Source: Patescibacteria group bacterium
GTDB lineage: Bacteria; Patescibacteriota; Patescibacteriia; Magasanikbacterales; GWA2-37-8
Length of the DNA stretch: 64,000 nt
Assembly: GCA_028705565.1 (NCBI GenBank)
Contig: JAQWDH010000001.1
Location: forward strand, 20,363-84,362
Direction of reading: 5' to 3'
Shown piece by piece: positions 26,766-36,484 of the stretch. The notes below the pieces were generated by a model. The model searched no databases and was not told the origin of the DNA. It worked only from the letters and a program-made list of their open reading frames with translations. The position numbers were made by a program, and so were the translations under genes. Every line of letters starts with the position of its first letter. The first letter of the stretch is position 1.

Positions 26766-28154
26766 ATGTCAATTAGGAAGAAAAATTTTTTTAAATTGTT
26801 TTACGGAGACAAATCCGGCAGCATTTTATTGTTCGCTCTTGTTTTCGGTTCGCTCGCTTTTACTCTTATTGTTGTCGGCGTTTCGGGCTACGCGATTTTT
26901 GAAAATCGCGCTTCAACGCGAAAACATAATCGCGAGATGGCTTTTCAAATCGCCGATGCCGGCATAAATTATTACCGTTGGCATTTGGCGCACGATGACG
27001 ATGACTATCAAGACGGGACAGGGATTTCAGGTCCTTATGTTCATGAATATAAAGATAAAGACGGAAATGTTATCGGACATTTTTCTTTGAATATCACTCC
27101 GCCGGCGAGCGGTTCAACGGTTGTAACCGTGGAATCCACAGGATGGCTGGATACGCAGGTGGAAAGTTTAAGAATAATAAAAGCCAGAATAGGTTTTCCT
27201 TCTTTGACTGATTACGCTTTTTTGACTGACACGGATGTTTGGATAGGAGACACGGAAACAACGCATGGAAAATTTCATTCCAATGGCGGCATTCGTTTTG
27301 ACGGAGTTTGCGACGCGCCAGTCACAAGTATGATGCCGACTTATACTTGCAAAGTATTTCACGGATGCAGTAATCAAACCAGAGACGGGGTTTGGGGCGA
27401 TGGCGAACCGAGCGATTATTGGCAGTTTCCAATGCCAGAGGTTGATTTTGACGCGGTTACCGCCAAACTTGGAGAAATAAAGGAGGCCGCGGATCCTGAC
27501 AACGGCGGAATTTATTTATCTTCATCCGGAAAGCAAGGGTGGCATTTGCAATTTTTGGATAACGGAAAAATAAGCATCAGAAAAGTTAAAACAGCCGATT
27601 GTTATTGGGGCAAGGATATCGGCGACAGCCATCATCATTTATATTGCATAGACGCAAAAACTTTTGATACCGCGACTCTTTATGATATGCCGTCAAACGG
27701 TTATATTTATGTGGAAGACAATGTGTGGGTTGACGGAACAGTGAACGGACGCGCGACCATAGGCACGGCCGAAGGCAAGTCCATAATTATAAATGGCAAT
27801 ATCACTTATCACGCTAAAGATGGTAACCATGTTCTGGGTTTGATAGCCGACCAAAATATTTTAGTTCCATATAATTCCCCGAATGAATTGGAAATTGACG
27901 CGGCGCTTCTCGCTCATAGCGGCGCGGCTAAAAGGTATGATTATCCGGGAAACAAAAAGGATAATTTGTATATTTACGGTTCGGTCATAAGCGCGGGAAT
28001 TTGGACTTGGAGTTGGGCTTCCGCGGCAGGAGTGGTGACATCGGGTTATATAAATACGAACTCCACTTATGATTCCAATCTTTCTTACGGTCCTCCGCCG
28101 GGTTTTCCTGTTGGCAAGCAGTATGTTTTGATAAGTTGGGAAGTGATAAAATGA
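26766..28154 (+). CDS. Pilus-associated protein with PilX-N-like N-terminus
   Basis: N-terminal hydrophobic helix followed by an A..AdAGI motif; third gene of the prepilin operon. Confidence 0.4.
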   Translation: MSIRKKNFFKLFYGDKSGSILLFALVFGSLAFTLIVVGVSGYAIFENRASTRKHNREMAFQIADAGINYYRWHLAHDDDDYQDGTGISGPYVHEYKDKDGNVIGHFSLNITPPASGSTVVTVESTGWLDTQVESLRIIKARIGFPSLTDYAFLTDTDVWIGDTETTHGKFHSNGGIRFDGVCDAPVTSMMPTYTCKVFHGCSNQTRDGVWGDGEPSDYWQFPMPEVDFDAVTAKLGEIKEAADPDNGGIYLSSSGKQGWHLQFLDNGKISIRKVKTADCYWGKDIGDSHHHLYCIDAKTFDTATLYDMPSNGYIYVEDNVWVDGTVNGRATIGTAEGKSIIINGNITYHAKDGNHVLGLIADQNILVPYNSPNELEIDAALLAHSGAAKRYDYPGNKKDNLYIYGSVISAGIWTWSWASAAGVVTSGYINTNSTYDSNLSYGPPPGFPVGKQYVLISWEVIK

Positions 28155-28172
28155 ACAATGGGGTGAAAATTC

Positions 28173-28205
28173 AGAGTTTGCCTTAAATCCGGGTTTTGGT
28201 ATAAT
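28173..28205 (+). promoter_or_regulatory. Candidate sigma70-type promoter with extended -10 (TTGCCT-16-TGGTATAAT)
   Basis: Sequence-only, upstream of galU. Confidence 0.3.
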
Positions 28206-28340
28206 AATATCGTCGTCCAAAAAATTTTTAATTTTTAATTTTTTAAATAAATTTTAATGCTTAAATTTTTAAACCGTTTTTGACATTTTGGTTTTGAGCT
28301 TGATTAAAAATTTGATATTTGAAATTTATTTATATATTGT

Positions 28341-29207
28341 ATGTCTCACATTAAAAAACTCGTTATACCGGTTGCCGGACTTGGCACAAGATTTTTGCCA
28401 GCCACTAAAGCGCAGCCGAAAGAAATGTTGCCGGTCGTGGATAAACCGATTATTCAATATGTCGTTGAAGAAGCGGTACGCGCCGGAATTGAGGATATTA
28501 TTCTTGTCACCGGTCCAAGCAAGCGCGCGGTGGAAGATCATTTCAGTCCGAATTATGAACTTTCAAATTGGCTGAAAAAACAAGGAAAAGACGAAATGGA
28601 AAAAGAAGTCGGCAAAATCGCTGAAATGGCGAATTTTATTTTTATTCGTCAAAAAGGCCCGTATGGCAACGGAACGCCCGTGCTTTGCGCGAAAAATATA
28701 ATCGGAGACGAACCTTTCGCGGTTGTATGGGGAGACGAGTTTTTTTACGCGGAAAAAAAACCGCAACTGAAACAATTGATTGATGTTTTTGAAAAATACG
28801 GCGACCCGGTTTTGACCGCGTATAAGGTGGACAAAGAAGGAACAAAAAAATACGGAATTTTAGACGGCTTGAAAATAGAAAAAGATATTTACCAGGTGAA
28901 AAACATCATAGAAAAACCAGGGCCGGAAAAAGCTCCGTCATTGCTTGCGAGCTTGGGCGGTTATATTTTAACGCCTGATATTTTTGAAGCGTTGGAAAGC
29001 ACAAAGCTTGGAAAAGACAATGAGCTTTGGCTTGTTGACGCGATTTTTAAACTTTTGAAAAAGAGGCCGATTTACGCGCGTTTGATTGATGGAGTTTATT
29101 ACGACACAGGCTCCAAACTCGGCTATCTTAAAGCAAATGTTGATTTCGCGTTGCGCGATAAAAAATTGGCGGAAGATTTTAGAAAATATCTTAAAAGTGT
29201 GATATAA
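28341..29207 (+). CDS. galU: UTP--glucose-1-phosphate uridylyltransferase
   Basis: VIPVAGLGTRFLPATKAQPKEMLPVVDKPIIQYVVEEA matches the GalU N-terminus; typical length. Confidence 0.85.
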   Translation: MSHIKKLVIPVAGLGTRFLPATKAQPKEMLPVVDKPIIQYVVEEAVRAGIEDIILVTGPSKRAVEDHFSPNYELSNWLKKQGKDEMEKEVGKIAEMANFIFIRQKGPYGNGTPVLCAKNIIGDEPFAVVWGDEFFYAEKKPQLKQLIDVFEKYGDPVLTAYKVDKEGTKKYGILDGLKIEKDIYQVKNIIEKPGPEKAPSLLASLGGYILTPDIFEALESTKLGKDNELWLVDAIFKLLKKRPIYARLIDGVYYDTGSKLGYLKANVDFALRDKKLAEDFRKYLKSVI

Positions 29208-29258
29208 TATTAACAGTCAATTTTCAATTCCGCAACGACGATTAAAAAATTTTTAAAT

Positions 29259-30641
29259 ATGTTTAAAAAAGTTTTGTTAATTTTTTTGGCAAGCGTTTTT
29301 ATCACGACTGGATTCGGCTGTAAAACAGCGTCGCCGGAAGAACAGGCGGCGGCAAAGCCGGTTACTTTGGAATACTGGACGGTTTTTGACGATGTGGACG
29401 CGTTAAAAAGTTTGATTGCCAAATTTAAAATTGACCATCCGCAAATAACCGTGAATTTACGCCAGCTTCGTTATGAAGAATTATATCCGCTTTTGGTTGA
29501 AGAATTGGCGGAAGACAAGGGACCGGATATTATTTCAGTCCGCAATCGTTGGATGAAAGAATTTCAAACGAAATTAGCGTCTATGCCGGCGAGCGCGAAG
29601 ATAGCCCGCACGACAGTTGAAAAAGGAATGGTTGGCGAAAAAGCGATTATATCAATGGAAACGCAAAGTTTGCCGACAGTCAGCCAGATAGACAAAGAAT
29701 ATGTTTCCGCTGTAAAAAATGATGTTGTGATTGACGGAAAGGCGTATGGTTTGCCGTTATCTTTTGACACAATGGCGGTTTATTTTAATAAAGATTTATT
29801 GGACAGAGCCGGCGTAGCCGAAACGCCGACAAGTTGGGAAGATTTTCAAGCGGCTGTTAAAAAAATTACCAAATATAACAAGACCACCGGAAAAATAATT
29901 CAGTCAGGCGCGGCTTTGGGAACAGGCAATAATATACCGTCGGCCGAAGACATACTTTACATACTTTTCAAACAAAGCGGATTAAATTTCACCGACAGCT
30001 CCGGTAAAGCGATATTCAACTCCGTTACGCAATTCAGCGCGGGCGGAGAATCTCCCGCAATGGGCGTAATGAATTTTTATTCCGATTTTGCCAATTCAAC
30101 TCGCGATACATATACTTGGAACGAAGAAATGGGCAATGCTTTGGATAGGTTTGTAAACGGTTCGGTTGCTTTTTTCTTCGGTTATCAGCATCAATATTCC
30201 GTAATCAAAGGACTCGCTCCGCAATTGAATTTTGGCATTATCCCAATGCCGCAATTGAATCCGGAAAAACCGGTAAACGCCGCGAATTATTGGGTTCAAA
30301 GCGTGGTGTCAAAATCAAAATATCAAAATGAAGCGTGGGCGTTCATAAATTATATCGCTCATTCCAAAGCCAACAAAGAATATCTGGATCAGTCAGGGCG
30401 ATTAACGGCTATGCGAATTTATATTACAGAACAAAAAGATAATCCGGATTTGGACCCGTTTATTTCTCAATTGCTTGTCGCGGAAAGTTGGTATAAAGGT
30501 AAAAATTATGAATCAGCCGCGCGAGCGATTACCGATATGGCGCACGAATGGTTGCAGACACCGGCTGAACCGTCAAGAATTTTGGAATACAGGCAGGGAA
30601 TTTTGGACCGCGCCGCGGCAAAAGTGAATCAGACATTATAG
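29259..30641 (+). CDS. ABC transporter extracellular solute-binding lipoprotein (family 1, sugar-type)
   Basis: Lipobox (GFGC), SBP family-1 architecture. Confidence 0.55.
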   Translation: MFKKVLLIFLASVFITTGFGCKTASPEEQAAAKPVTLEYWTVFDDVDALKSLIAKFKIDHPQITVNLRQLRYEELYPLLVEELAEDKGPDIISVRNRWMKEFQTKLASMPASAKIARTTVEKGMVGEKAIISMETQSLPTVSQIDKEYVSAVKNDVVIDGKAYGLPLSFDTMAVYFNKDLLDRAGVAETPTSWEDFQAAVKKITKYNKTTGKIIQSGAALGTGNNIPSAEDILYILFKQSGLNFTDSSGKAIFNSVTQFSAGGESPAMGVMNFYSDFANSTRDTYTWNEEMGNALDRFVNGSVAFFFGYQHQYSVIKGLAPQLNFGIIPMPQLNPEKPVNAANYWVQSVVSKSKYQNEAWAFINYIAHSKANKEYLDQSGRLTAMRIYITEQKDNPDLDPFISQLLVAESWYKGKNYESAARAITDMAHEWLQTPAEPSRILEYRQGILDRAAAKVNQTL

Positions 30642-30672
30642 ATTGTAGGCAGTGGACGGTGGACGGTTGGCG

Positions 30673-30714
30673 ATGAATTATGAATTATGAATTATGAATA
30701 ATGAATTACGAATG
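30673..30714. repeat. Tandem heptanucleotide (ATGAATT) x ~6 spanning the start codon of the first pilin-like gene
   Basis: atgaatt atgaatt atgaatt atgaata atgaatt acgaatg, read directly. Confidence 0.85.
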
Positions 30715-31386
30715 ACAAAAATTTTTACATCAATCGCGGTTGTGTTTCTCGCGAGCGTTTTTTTCACATTTTATTCAGTTCCCGTCGCGCAGGCGGCGAA
30801 TAGGTGTTTTTGTTCCAGTAATTTGGAACAGGCAACCGCGGAAAATTTAACAGGGCATCGTTTTGACGCGACATGCACAACCAATAATTCGGAAGACACA
30901 TGCAACGGACAATCCGAAGCGATATGCGCTCGTCTTGATTTTGATTTTTGTTCCTGTTTGTTAAAAAATACGGATGAAAGTTGCGCGAACAATGTGAGCG
31001 CTTGGCGCGCAAGATATGAAACAATTCAAAGACAAAGCGCCGCGGATGAAAGCGAGGCATCGTCCGGAGGAATTGTCGGGGCGTTTTTGCCGAGATGCGC
31101 CACCGAAGATAATTTGAGCGGCGAATGCAGAAGCGTGGATGTTTTTATAATTTTGGCGATTAACATCGGCCGGTGGCTGTTTTCCATTATCGGCGCTTTG
31201 GCTTTAGGCGCGTTTGTTTTCGGCGGTTTTACTTTGGTGATGTCAAGCGGAAATCCTGAAGAAGTAAAAAAAGGAAAAAACATAATGATTGCCGCTGTAA
31301 CTGGGTTGCTCGTGGCTTTCGGCGCTTATCTTTTAATCAATTTTTTAGGCGATGCTGTTGGCGTAAAAGGGGAGTTTAAATTGTAA
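30694..31386 (+). CDS. VirB2/TrbC-like pilin paralogue 1 with Cys-rich ectodomain
   Basis: Signal peptide, Cys-rich middle region, C-terminal hydrophobic hairpin ...ALGALALGAFVFGGFTLVMSSGNPEEVKKGKNIMIAAVTGLLVAFGAYLL. Confidence 0.5.
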   Translation: MNNELRMTKIFTSIAVVFLASVFFTFYSVPVAQAANRCFCSSNLEQATAENLTGHRFDATCTTNNSEDTCNGQSEAICARLDFDFCSCLLKNTDESCANNVSAWRARYETIQRQSAADESEASSGGIVGAFLPRCATEDNLSGECRSVDVFIILAINIGRWLFSIIGALALGAFVFGGFTLVMSSGNPEEVKKGKNIMIAAVTGLLVAFGAYLLINFLGDAVGVKGEFKL

Positions 31387-31389
31387 TTT

Positions 31390-32109
31390 ATGCGTTCATT
31401 GTTTTTCTTTTGTTTCATTTTTATAATATTTTTTGCGTTTTCAACGCCTGTTTTTGCCGGTAATGTTTTGGTTCCATACGGTTGCGTTCAGCGCGAGAGA
31501 ATCGTAAACAACAGCGGAAGTGAATCTTTTCGCGAAACAAGTTGCGATGAAAAATCTTTAACATGCGACCCGACCGCGAGTATGAGTTGTCAGCCGATAT
31601 GCATCGGAGAAAATATATTGATGCGATGGGGAGTTTGTTCCGGTGGGGCAGTTGTTTATAAATGTGAAAGTAAATTAACCGGCGAATGTTCCACAGTCAC
31701 GCTTAGAGAAAATATAGGAGTTTTTAGCGCTTGCGTCGCCGGAACCGTGGAAAGAGGAGATTGTCCATCGGCCAGTCCGGAAGTTATTGAAAACACGCAA
31801 GAGGAATCCGCCGGAGGACAATCGTCGGCTTCGGGTATTGATTTGCGCGCGGAAGCCCGAAGTTTGAACCCGATGAATTTTGGAGATATATCGGAGCTTG
31901 TTGGTCGCGCGATAAACGCGTTGATGGCTTTTATCGGCTCAATAACTTTGGTCCTTTATATTTTCGCCGGATTTTTGTGGATGACCGCGGCAGGAGCCAA
32001 AGAAAAAATTGTAAAAGCAAAAAGCATATTTATTTGGACAAGTATGGGTGTCGTCGTGATGCTTGGCAGTTATATTTTGGTAAAATTCGTTTTTGATATT
32101 TTGGGATAA
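31390..32109 (+). CDS. VirB2/TrbC-like pilin paralogue 2 with Cys-rich ectodomain
   Basis: Signal peptide, 14 or more Cys, C-terminal ...LVLYIFAGFLWMTAAGAKEKIVKAKSIFIWTSMGVVVMLGSYILV. Confidence 0.5.
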   Translation: MRSLFFFCFIFIIFFAFSTPVFAGNVLVPYGCVQRERIVNNSGSESFRETSCDEKSLTCDPTASMSCQPICIGENILMRWGVCSGGAVVYKCESKLTGECSTVTLRENIGVFSACVAGTVERGDCPSASPEVIENTQEESAGGQSSASGIDLRAEARSLNPMNFGDISELVGRAINALMAFIGSITLVLYIFAGFLWMTAAGAKEKIVKAKSIFIWTSMGVVVMLGSYILVKFVFDILG

Positions 32110-32134
32110 ATGAAATATAAGACGACTTATAAAT

Positions 32135-32176
32135 TGTCATTGCGAGGAGCGAGCGAAGTAAGCGACGAAGCAATCC
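32135..32176. repeat. Half-element TGTCATTGCGAGGAGCGAGCGAAGTAAGCGACGAAGCAATCC of the TGTCAT repeat family
   Basis: Shared TGTCATTGCGAG terminus. Confidence 0.45.
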
Positions 32177-32239
32177 CATGGTTCGGTAGTGCCGGCAATG
32201 TATTTCTGAAACATTAATAGTCGGAATAACAAAAATTTT

Positions 32240-32836
32240 ATGTTCAGAAAGAAAACAAAAGTTTTAACATCAATCGCGATTGTATTTTTTCTCGGTGTTT
32301 TTTTTGCTTTTTCGGCTGTTCCGGCGAAAGCGGAAATTTCCGAAAGTTCATCAAGTAACGACGAGGCAAGTTTTATGTGCGTTTGCGCCGACAGTTGTGA
32401 TAATTACACGACCCAAGCCGCGGCAGAAGCGAATTGCCAGATGTCCGGATGCCAGCCGCTTTCAGGAACTTGCGCGATAGAATCAACAACACAACAACAA
32501 TCATTGCCAAATCAATCGGAAGAAAGCGCGAGCGGGCAAACGGAAGAGTCCGGTTCTTCCGGAGAAATTCGTCTTGTAAATCCTTTGAGCAGCGGAGCTA
32601 CGGACTTGCCGGTTATTTTGGGGCAAGTTATTAAAGGCGCTTTGGGCGCGCTCGGTTCGTTGGCTTTGTTGATGCTCGTGTGGGGCGGTTTTCAATGGCT
32701 CACTTCCGCCGGCAATCCGGAAAAAGTAAAAAAAGGAACGCAAACAATGATTTGGGCCGCTGTTGGTGTTGCAATCGCTTTAGCGAGTTATTTCTTGGTG
32801 TCAACTGTAATAAAGGCTTTAAGCGGAAGTATTTAA
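32240..32836 (+). CDS. VirB2/TrbC-like pilin paralogue 3 with Cys-rich ectodomain
   Basis: Signal peptide; C-terminal ...LLMLVWGGFQWLTSAGNPEKVKKGTQTMIWAAVGVAIALASYFLV. Confidence 0.5.
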   Translation: MFRKKTKVLTSIAIVFFLGVFFAFSAVPAKAEISESSSSNDEASFMCVCADSCDNYTTQAAAEANCQMSGCQPLSGTCAIESTTQQQSLPNQSEESASGQTEESGSSGEIRLVNPLSSGATDLPVILGQVIKGALGALGSLALLMLVWGGFQWLTSAGNPEKVKKGTQTMIWAAVGVAIALASYFLVSTVIKALSGSI

Positions 32837-32882
32837 GTGATATAATAAACTTGAATTAGAATTCATTTTGGGTTTCACCAAT

Positions 32883-32915
32883 TGTCATTCTGAGCAAAGC
32901 GAAGAATCTCTGTCC
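32883..32915. repeat. Left arm of a MITE-like element (TGTCATTCTGAGCAAAGCGAAGAATCTCTGTCC)
   Basis: Shares the TGTCAT...ATCTCTGTCC structure. Confidence 0.5.
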
Positions 32916-32976
32916 AATTGGCAAAATAACAGCATGAGTTATTAGTTAATCATTAATTTAGAGAGGGGGTGAGAAT

Positions 32977-33360
32977 ATGATAAAGAAATTTTTAGTGTTC
33001 GCGGTATTGGCGTCTGTTTTGTTATTGGCGACGCCGGTTCTCGCTCAAACGAATCCTTGCGGCGCGAATGACCCGTTATGTTTACAGCCAGCCCAACAAA
33101 TAGGATTAGGCACTTCCGATATACGCGTTACCATAGCTAGAATAATAAAAGTGGCCATGGGACTTTTGGGTATAGTTGCGGTCGTGATAGTTTTGATAGG
33201 CGGTTTCACTTGGATGACTGCCGGCGGTGATGAAACAAAAACCGGAAATGCCAAAAAATGGATTTTCGGCGGCGTAATCGGCTTGGCAATTATATTGTCG
33301 GCTTACGCGTTGACCAGTTTTGTCATTAACAGCTTAATGAGCGCTACAACAGGAGTATAA
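32977..33360 (+). CDS. VirB2/TrbC-like pilin paralogue 4
   Basis: Signal peptide; ...MGLLGIVAVVIVLIGGFTWMTAGGDETKTGNAKKWIFGGVIGLAIILSAYALTSFV. Confidence 0.55.
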   Translation: MIKKFLVFAVLASVLLLATPVLAQTNPCGANDPLCLQPAQQIGLGTSDIRVTIARIIKVAMGLLGIVAVVIVLIGGFTWMTAGGDETKTGNAKKWIFGGVIGLAIILSAYALTSFVINSLMSATTGV

Positions 33361-33512
33361 AATTAAAAAGCGGATAGGCGCGTTTGTTTCGTCGGCATAA
33401 TCATGGGAAACAGGCGCGCCGTTCTCGCTCGTTGATTTTTTAATGGTTTTATTTTTAAAATATTCGGACGAATTTTTAATAATGGAACGATTAAAAAAAG
33501 GAATTATTTTTT

Positions 33513-34091
33513 ATGAAAAAAAGAGCTTTAAAAATATTTTTGTTCGCCGCGGTTTTGGTTTTAGTCGCGCCGATTTTCGTTTTTGCCACAAACGGAAGCG
33601 ATAAATACGGAATTGAAAGAGCGGCTGACACGGCCGGACTGCAAAGAAGCATCGGAGGCGAAACGACAGTGCCCGGAGTAATCGGCTCCGTTATATCAGC
33701 CGGACTCGCTCTGCTCGGCGTATTGTTTTTTCTTTTGATTTTATACTCCGGTTTTATTTGGATGAAAGCGATGGGCAAATCGGATGAAGTGACAAAAGCG
33801 AAAGATACCATGGAAGCGGCGGTTGTCGGTTTGGTGCTTGTGCTCGCGGCTTACGCTTTGGCGAATTTCGTTTTTGGAAGTTTGACAGGTGGTGGCGAAG
33901 AAGTACAAACGACAACCGCGCCTTGCGCGCAAAGGACTGAGAGTAATTGTTTATCGGGGGGAGAGTGTATGTATGACAGTGTAAATGGTTGTTATAGTAC
34001 TGAAATAATACCTTGTGAAGAAAGAACAGAAAGCAATTGCGTCGCCGATGGTGAGTGTTTTTATGCTGATAACGAATGTTCTCCAATTTAA
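33513..34091 (+). CDS. VirB2/TrbC-like pilin paralogue 5 with C-terminal Cys-rich tail
   Basis: Signal peptide; ...LALLGVLFFLLILYSGFIWMKAMGKSDEVTKAKDTMEAAVVGLVLVLAAYALANFV followed by a tail with 8 Cys. Confidence 0.5.
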   Translation: MKKRALKIFLFAAVLVLVAPIFVFATNGSDKYGIERAADTAGLQRSIGGETTVPGVIGSVISAGLALLGVLFFLLILYSGFIWMKAMGKSDEVTKAKDTMEAAVVGLVLVLAAYALANFVFGSLTGGGEEVQTTTAPCAQRTESNCLSGGECMYDSVNGCYSTEIIPCEERTESNCVADGECFYADNECSPI

Positions 34092-34114
34092 AAAATAACT
34101 TTTATTTAAAATTT

Positions 34115-34513
34115 ATGAAAAAATATATAGCAGTTTTAATTGTTTTTTCATTTTTGATTTTATTGCCGATGGCTTGCGCGGAAGCGAAAGGGCTCGGAGA
34201 TGCTATGGGAAATTTACAACAGGCCGCAGGCGATACTGGCCTTGAAAGCAATCTTACATCAAGCGTTGGAACTATAATAAAAATCGCGTTGGGAACGCTC
34301 GGCACCGTGTTTTTGATTTTAATGGTTTATGCCGGTTATCTTTGGATGACAGCTGCCGGAGATGAAAAGAAAACAACAAAAGCGAAAGATATAATCAAAG
34401 CCGCGGTAATAGGTCTTGTCATCACGGTATCAGCCTATGCCATTACTTCTTTTGTAACGACAAAAATTGCGGGCGGAAGCAGCGCGGCATCGGAGGCTGG
34501 CGCGTCAAATTAA
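34115..34513 (+). CDS. VirB2/TrbC-like pilin paralogue 6
   Basis: Start set at MKKYIAVLIV; ...LGTLGTVFLILMVYAGYLWMTAAGDEKKTTKAKDIIKAAVIGLVITVSAYAITSFV. Confidence 0.55.
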   Translation: MKKYIAVLIVFSFLILLPMACAEAKGLGDAMGNLQQAAGDTGLESNLTSSVGTIIKIALGTLGTVFLILMVYAGYLWMTAAGDEKKTTKAKDIIKAAVIGLVITVSAYAITSFVTTKIAGGSSAASEAGASN

Positions 34514-34542
34514 AATTTAAACCAATTTTTAATTTTATATTT

Positions 34543-34938
34543 ATGAATAAAAAAATATTGCATGGTTTGGCGATTTTAAGTTTGGCGTTCGCGATTTTGG
34601 CTCCGACAGCGTCTTTGGCCGTGTTAAACATCAACGAGCTTACCGAGGGTGTAGCGCAGGAAGCGGGATATGAACCTGCCACCGGTGGCGGAAGTTTGGC
34701 GGCGACTGTCGGAAACATAATTAGAATCGCTTTATCAATTCTTGGCACCGTGTTTTTAGTGCTTATTCTTTACGCCGGATTTTTGTGGATGACCGCGGCA
34801 GGGGACGAAAAAAAGACAACCCAGGCGAAAAGCATTATCACTTCTTCGGTGATAGGGTTGCTTATTATTTTGTCGGCTTACGCCATTACTTATTTTGTGA
34901 CGAATTCTCTCCTTGAAGCTACAACAGCGCAGTATTAG
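34543..34938 (+). CDS. VirB2/TrbC-like pilin paralogue 7
   Basis: ...LSILGTVFLVLILYAGFLWMTAAGDEKKTTQAKSIITSSVIGLLIILSAYAITYFV, nearly identical core to paralogue 6. Confidence 0.55.
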   Translation: MNKKILHGLAILSLAFAILAPTASLAVLNINELTEGVAQEAGYEPATGGGSLAATVGNIIRIALSILGTVFLVLILYAGFLWMTAAGDEKKTTQAKSIITSSVIGLLIILSAYAITYFVTNSLLEATTAQY

Positions 34939-36029
34939 CCGCCCAAAAGATTTTTGAAGATAATTTCGTTTGGGTTCGCGCAATTAAAATTATTATTTTC
35001 AGAAGGCGTTTTAAGCAACGCCTTTTTTGTTTCAGCGACAAGTTCTTCAATCGTGTCAACGCGAACGCCAAAATTGTTTTTTACCAAAAATTCGGCGTTA
35101 TGTTCTTCCTGCCCCGGTATTGGATTGATAATAATCATCGGTTTGTTTAAAAAAAGACATTCGGCCGTTGTCATGCCGCCGGGTTTGGTTATAACAACTT
35201 TCGCGATTCTTTTCCATTCGTCAATGTTGTCCGCGTATTCCAAAGGTATGTAGCGCGTTGTCGGTATTTCCTTGATATTTTTTAATCCGCGATATAATTC
35301 TTTGTTATTTTTTCCGGATATGGCAATGAGGTTAAGATTTCCGATTTCCAAAATTTTTTCCGCCGCTTCCGTCATATCAATGGAATTTATCCCTCCCACC
35401 TGTGATGGTTTTAAAAGTATCGTCGGCCATTCTTTTTTTATTCCCAATTTATTTTTCAGTTCCGCGATATTTTTTTGTTTAAAAAATTCCGGATTAACCG
35501 GCAATCCGCTCGCTAACGCTTTCATTCCCTTTTTTTCAAAAGTTTTTTTCATTTCTTCTGTGGCGACAAAAAATTTTCTGGCGGATGAGGAAAACCAAAA
35601 TTTATGCGCGCGATAGTCGGTGATGACGACATCAATCGGAATTTTAAAATCCGAAGGCAAAAAATGAGGCGGTAAAAAATAAGTGGACACTATTAAATCC
35701 GGTCGGCTTTCTTTTATTTTTTTTAAAAATTTGCCTGACACTACGCGAAACATTGATTTCATTTTATGCGGAAGAGAGTCGGGCAAGAGAAAACTGTCGG
35801 TGGCGTAATAGGCGGCTCCGTAAAGATTCGGGAAGTGCCGTATCAAAAAATCATAAAAAGACGAGAAAAAATTTTTCATCAATTTTCCAGTGTAATCGTT
35901 GATGTCAACATGCTCAAATTCAATTAGCGGATAATTTTTTCGTCCATAACAAAAAAGAGCGTTGGCGGCGGCAGTATGCCCGGAACCGGCCGAACACGAA
36001 ACAAAAAGTATTTTTTTTATTGAAGACAT
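34935..36029 (-). CDS. MGDG-synthase/UgtP-like diacylglycerol glycosyltransferase (GT28 family)
   Basis: N-terminal KILFVSCSAGSGHTAAANAL motif of the MGDG_synth N-domain plus a GT-B C-terminal half. Confidence 0.55.
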   Translation of the reverse strand: MSSIKKILFVSCSAGSGHTAAANALFCYGRKNYPLIEFEHVDINDYTGKLMKNFFSSFYDFLIRHFPNLYGAAYYATDSFLLPDSLPHKMKSMFRVVSGKFLKKIKESRPDLIVSTYFLPPHFLPSDFKIPIDVVITDYRAHKFWFSSSARKFFVATEEMKKTFEKKGMKALASGLPVNPEFFKQKNIAELKNKLGIKKEWPTILLKPSQVGGINSIDMTEAAEKILEIGNLNLIAISGKNNKELYRGLKNIKEIPTTRYIPLEYADNIDEWKRIAKVVITKPGGMTTAECLFLNKPMIIINPIPGQEEHNAEFLVKNNFGVRVDTIEELVAETKKALLKTPSENNNFNCANPNEIIFKNLLGG

Positions 36030-36034
36030 AATCG

Positions 36035-36106
36035 GGTGGCTACTGGGAGTTGAACCCAGACCAGCGGGACCACAACCCGCTGTTCTACCGCTAAACTATA
36101 GCCACC
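36035..36106 (-). tRNA. tRNA-His (anticodon GTG) with encoded G-1 and C73
   Basis: G-1/G1TGGCTA acceptor pairing TAGCCAC+C; anticodon stem GCGGG/CCCGC with loop TTGTGGT. Confidence 0.75.
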
Positions 36107-36188
36107 ATGTATTGTTAATTTACGACTTTTTTGAATTTTAATCAACCCTGTCTGTTGCCATTGGCGCATAAATCGGAGGGCAGATCAG

Positions 36189-36260
36189 TGTCCCCAGTAG
36201 GAATCGAACCTACATATCCAACTTAGAAGGCTGGTGTTCTATCCATTGAACTATGGGGAC
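36189..36260 (-). tRNA. tRNA-Arg (anticodon TCT)
   Basis: Acceptor GTCCCCA/TGGGGAC, anticodon stem CCAGC/GTTGG with loop CTTCTAA, T-arm GTAGG-TTCGATT-CCTAC. Confidence 0.8.
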
Positions 36261-36382
36261 GAAATTTGTTTAAAACAAAACATACCAAATATAATAATAC
36301 ATTTTGGCGAAAAAATCAAGGGAGTGGTATAATAAACGGATGATGGACGGGCGGACTATGGACTATGGACTGTAGACGATGC

Positions 36383-36396
36383 TGTCATCCCGAATG
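36383..36396. repeat. Fragment of a TGTCATCCCGAATG element, preceded by a GGACTATGG repeat tract (36340-36375)
   Basis: Read directly. Confidence 0.4.
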
Positions 36397-36484
36397 CAGC
36401 AGTAGTCCTTTTTTCAATTTCAAAATCCTAATTTCAAATTTCCAATAAAGCCAAAAATTCAAATGTCAAAAAATAATTTGAAGT

